Of a DNA stretch of 64,000 nucleotides, positions 60,556 to 64,000 are shown in pieces; position 1 is the stretch's first letter; the number at the start of each line of letters is the position of its first letter. The translations under genes and the position numbers were made by a program. Below the pieces are notes generated by a model. The model did no database searches. It saw only the letters and a list, made by a program, of their open reading frames with translations, and had not been told where the DNA came from. Source of the DNA: Chrysemys picta bellii (taxonomy: Eukaryota); NCBI RefSeq assembly GCF_011386835.1, contig NC_088797.1:30318001-30382000 (forward strand), written 5' to 3'.

Positions 60556-60561
60556 AATAAA
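60556..60561 (+). terminator. First canonical poly(A) signal after the exchanger stop
   Basis: AATAAA ~1.95 kb after the TGA at 58609. Confidence 0.55.
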
Positions 60562-61230
60562 AGGCTCTTATGTTACATCTGTCCCTGGGGAAGGAGGGAG
60601 TGTCACACCCAGCTGCCCCCCCACAAAAAACTACAAAGATACAAATCAGTAAAAAATAGGATTAAAAAAGGTTTTATATAAAAATAGCCCTTTTTATCCT
60701 GCTTTGAGGTTCCCCCAAGGATCAGCCCCAGGTCATAAGGGGGGGCACAACAGGTTACCCCCCACAATCTCATCTTTGGTGGGGGTTGTCAGGACAGGGA
60801 ACAGCCTCCACTTCACAATGAGGCAGCCCCCTGGCAGCGTCAAGCCCCCTGAATAATCTGTGGGGCAGCCTCCCCAGAGGCATCAAGGTGGGGGTCGCTG
60901 ATTAAAAAAAGTAAAAATGTATTTAAAAAGTGTGTCTTAGTGTATTTGCAGTGGCCCCACCCCATATAGCCCCCCACCCCTGCACCCCCACCTCTTAGAA
61001 CACCCCAAAGGCAGAGACTCTGCATGCCCCTCTGGCCCAGTGCATGAAGGGGGCACAGTGCCACCTCCCTCTCCCCCTGCAGCACATGCTGGTTGTAGGG
61101 GGTGTGGAGGTGCCAGGGCAACCCCCCATCTCAGCAGTGGTCTCCCCAGTGGGGTGGCTGGGGGGGGCGGGGCGCATCTCCCAGCACGGTGTTCTCCGCA
61201 GCAGGAGTGGTGCCAGGCCCCCCCGCCGCT

Positions 61231-63788
61231 TCACAGCACAGTGCTCTCATCCTCCTCCTCTTCTTGAGGGGCAGCAGGGGGGTGCCCATTTCTCACCCCC
61301 ACCTCCAGCTCAGCTTGGAGGAAGCGGCGGATCTCCTGGGGCAGGGCCTGTGCCTCCAGCTCGCACTCCCGCTCCAGCTCCTCCACCAGCTGCAGGGGAG
61401 GGGAGAGGGGTGTTGGTGGGGGACAATGGGACAGACCCCCATCCCCCACGGCTACTCTAGGGCCTGAAGCTGCACAATCACTCCTCCACCCTGCATGATG
61501 GGCCCATAGCTCCTCCCCCCACTGCAGGCATCCAGGGCTCCCTGGGGTGACCCTAGAACAGCACCTGCCCCACTCACTCCCCCCTGCTAGGGCAACTGGG
61601 CCCATGGGAGACACCCCCTGGCACTGCCACTCACCCCCCTACCACACTCACCTTGGGCTCCTCTTCCTCTATTTGCTGTAGGATCTCCTGGTGCCCGGCC
61701 ACAAGCTTCTCCTGGCGCCGCTTCTGGGCTTCCTCCAGCTGCGGAGAGGGGGAAAGAGTTTCTTAGCGGAGCAGACCAAGGGAAAGGGGTGCTGTGAGCC
61801 GGTCACTGCCCAGGGAATGAATGAGGGGCAGGACTAGCAGGAGAGCTGCCCCCAATAATGCTCAGATCTTACAGGGATCCCATATACCTGGGCAGGTCAC
61901 AAGTGGGGCAGCTGGCTGTTCTCTCCCCCCCAAATGGCTGATGTGGGGGGCAGAGCAAAGCAACGTGGGGGGCACTCACCCTACGGATGGAGTTCACTGA
62001 TTCGTTGATGTGTCTCCTGTTAATCTCTGTCAACTCCCTGCAGGGACGGAGGGGAAGAAGAGACAGACCATCAGACGGGACAGCCCCTTCCCATAAAGGG
62101 TCAACTCCAGTCCCCCAGACTGATCACGCTCAGAACTGGCTGGGACATACAGATCCCTGTGCTGCGGGGGCTGGGGTATGCCCTATCCCCCAGTGACCCA
62201 GGATTCATGTTGCCTCCCCTCCCCACCACCCCTATGTGCACTGGGGCCCACAGCCCTAGTCCTGCCACTCCTGGGGCTGGGCAGGTCACCTCCCCCAGCA
62301 TTGGGCCCACCCCTGCTAGCTCTCTCTTTTCCTGTTCCACCACTAGCCTTGCCCACCACTAATCCCTTTCCCCCCCAGTAGCTCACTCCTCTCCTCCCCC
62401 CCCCGGCCCAACACCGCTAGCTCCCACTCGCTCCTGCCACTCACACGTCTTTCTTCTGCTTCTCCCGGGATTTGGCCTCTGTGATGCTGTTGTGCCTCTT
62501 GCGGTCCAGGATTTTCTGCAGCTCCTTCTTCTCCCTGGGGAGGGGCACAGAGATCTATCAGCCCTAGGGGGAGCAGTGTACTGGGGAAACTGCCATTTCC
62601 TGTCCCCACCCCTGGTACCAACCTCTCACTTGTCTCCTTGACTCTCTTCAGCTGGGCAGCCTGGCAGTCCTGGGCAATTTCCCGCAGCCGCTGCTGGGCC
62701 TTGTGGGTGGGTGGGGACAGACGGGAGCAGTGTCAGGGCATTTGCTGTTAGATCTCTGACCCTGGCAGCTTCCCTTCCCCCAAACTCCCCTCCCAGCTAG
62801 CAATCCCGCATTGCCTCCCACCAAAGTGCGCCCCTTGCATTCCACCCCCGATACCCTCCCCTCCTAGTTCCTGGAACCCCTTCCCTAGATACCCATGTGC
62901 AGTTCCCCCCTAGCCCCCAGTTGCAGGGGATCTTTGGGAGCTGCCCTGTGCCATCCTCCGGAAGGGTACCTGTTTGAGCTGCCCCTTATTCCAATGCTCC
63001 TCTGCCCGCCCTCCTAGATACCTGTTGCAGGTGCTCCTTTTTGCGGGCTCTCTCCAGCTGGTGCTGGGTTTCCCGCAGCTGCAGCAGTCCCCGCATCTGC
63101 CCCTCCTTCAGCTCCAGCTTCTGCCGAGACACCTCTTGCTCCAGTGCCTCCAGTGAGCCGTTGGCACTGCAAGGGACAGAGAATGTCAGCATGGTGGGGG
63201 CTGTGGGTCGGGACTGAGGGACAGAGTTGGGGGGAGGAGCTCAGGGCTGAGATAACAGGGGGCTGTGGGAGAGGCAGTGGTAGGGGCTGCAGGTCAGGAC
63301 TGAGGGGCACCAGCAGAGCCATGAGGGGGACACTCACTCCTGGTGCCCACGGCGCAGGCTCCGCTCCACTTGGGAGCGGCGCCGGAGGCTGTCGCTGTGC
63401 AGCTGGTTGGCCCGGGTGCTCTGCTTCTTGTTGAGGCTGGAGATGTTCTTCATGTGCTTCTTGCGTAGCTCCTTCAGCTCCCGGTACTGCTTCTTCAGCA
63501 ACTTGATGTAGCCCTTTTGCTGCCGCAGCTCCTCCAGGGACTGGGGGGCCACCTCTGGAATAGAGGGAGGGGAGGAGGGTCTCAGCATCCCCTAATCCCT
63601 GCATACACAGGAAGCCAGTGCTGAGATGCAGCTGCCTCTGGGGAGGGGCACAGGGGGCTGGTAACAACAAAGCTGATTCCTCCCACTACCTCCAAGATGA
63701 GGAACGTGGGGTCAGTGGGAGGCAGTGTCCTATGCTCTGGTGCAGCCCTTACCTGCGAGGACGCTGGCAATGAGGTCATCCCTTTGCC
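61231..63788 (-). CDS. PLCB3: Phospholipase C beta 3, last eight coding exons (partial)
   Basis: Exons 63788-63753, 63554-63338, 63166-63022, 62699-62623, 62534-62445, 62037-61980, 61738-61652, 61389-61231; phase-consistent. Motifs [38 protein letters not shown] and LPQEIRR; PDZ-type end STVL. Confidence 0.96.
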
Positions 63789-64000
63789 CTGCAGGGGGGA
63801 GGAGGCAGTTGTTAAGGGGAGGCATGAGGAAAAACACCCCCCACCCCCATCTCTTCCAGAGCCCAAAAGGTCTATAGCTCTGAAGACTGGACTGGACCAC
63901 AGGGGTCTCTGCCATTATGCATCCCCCACATGCCACTGGGATTGGCTCCATTGCACCATTCCCCATCACAGGAGAACCCCCCATCCTCATGCAGCCTATG

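Noticed and set aside
178-63788. A co-regulated 'calcium/sperm signalling cluster' (CATSPERZ, KCNK4, NCX4, PLCB3)
   Set aside because: The linkage is explained by ancient synteny; nothing in the sequence shows shared regulation.

Overview
GC-rich reptile genomic DNA, most likely a turtle, judged from CR1 LINEs, a tRNA-head/CR1-tail SINE and hAT MITEs. It is syntenic with human 11q13.1. Gene order: CATSPERZ/TEX40-like exons (-, partial), KCNK4 (-), an unexpected CENP-F paralogue (-), GPR137 (-), BAD (+), an aldo-keto reductase (-), a Na+/Ca2+ exchanger best called NCX4/SLC8A4 (+), and the 3' end of PLCB3 (-). I built exon chains by hand from GT-AG sites and checked that reading phase is consistent. 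The main find is a 13-coding-exon, ~1013-aa 'mini-CENP-F'. It keeps the CENP-F N-terminal coiled-coil exons and the C-terminal GLPEVVxKGFADIP motif. It lacks the CAAX box, and it carries a 15-unit Pro/Glu repeat, a TQT (LC8-type) motif and a PDZ-type C-terminus. It sits beside KCNK4 as CENPF sits beside KCNK2, which points to a whole-genome-duplication ohnolog missing from the human locus. Other points: a syntenic CatSper-zeta candidate in a non-mammal, NCX4 and a glyoxal-reductase-like AKR absent from the mammalian interval, and three cases where tandem duplication has copied splice sites. All comparisons to human proteins are from memory and need confirming by alignment. There are no CRISPR arrays, rRNA or genuine tRNA genes, and most listed ORFs are GC or repeat artefacts.
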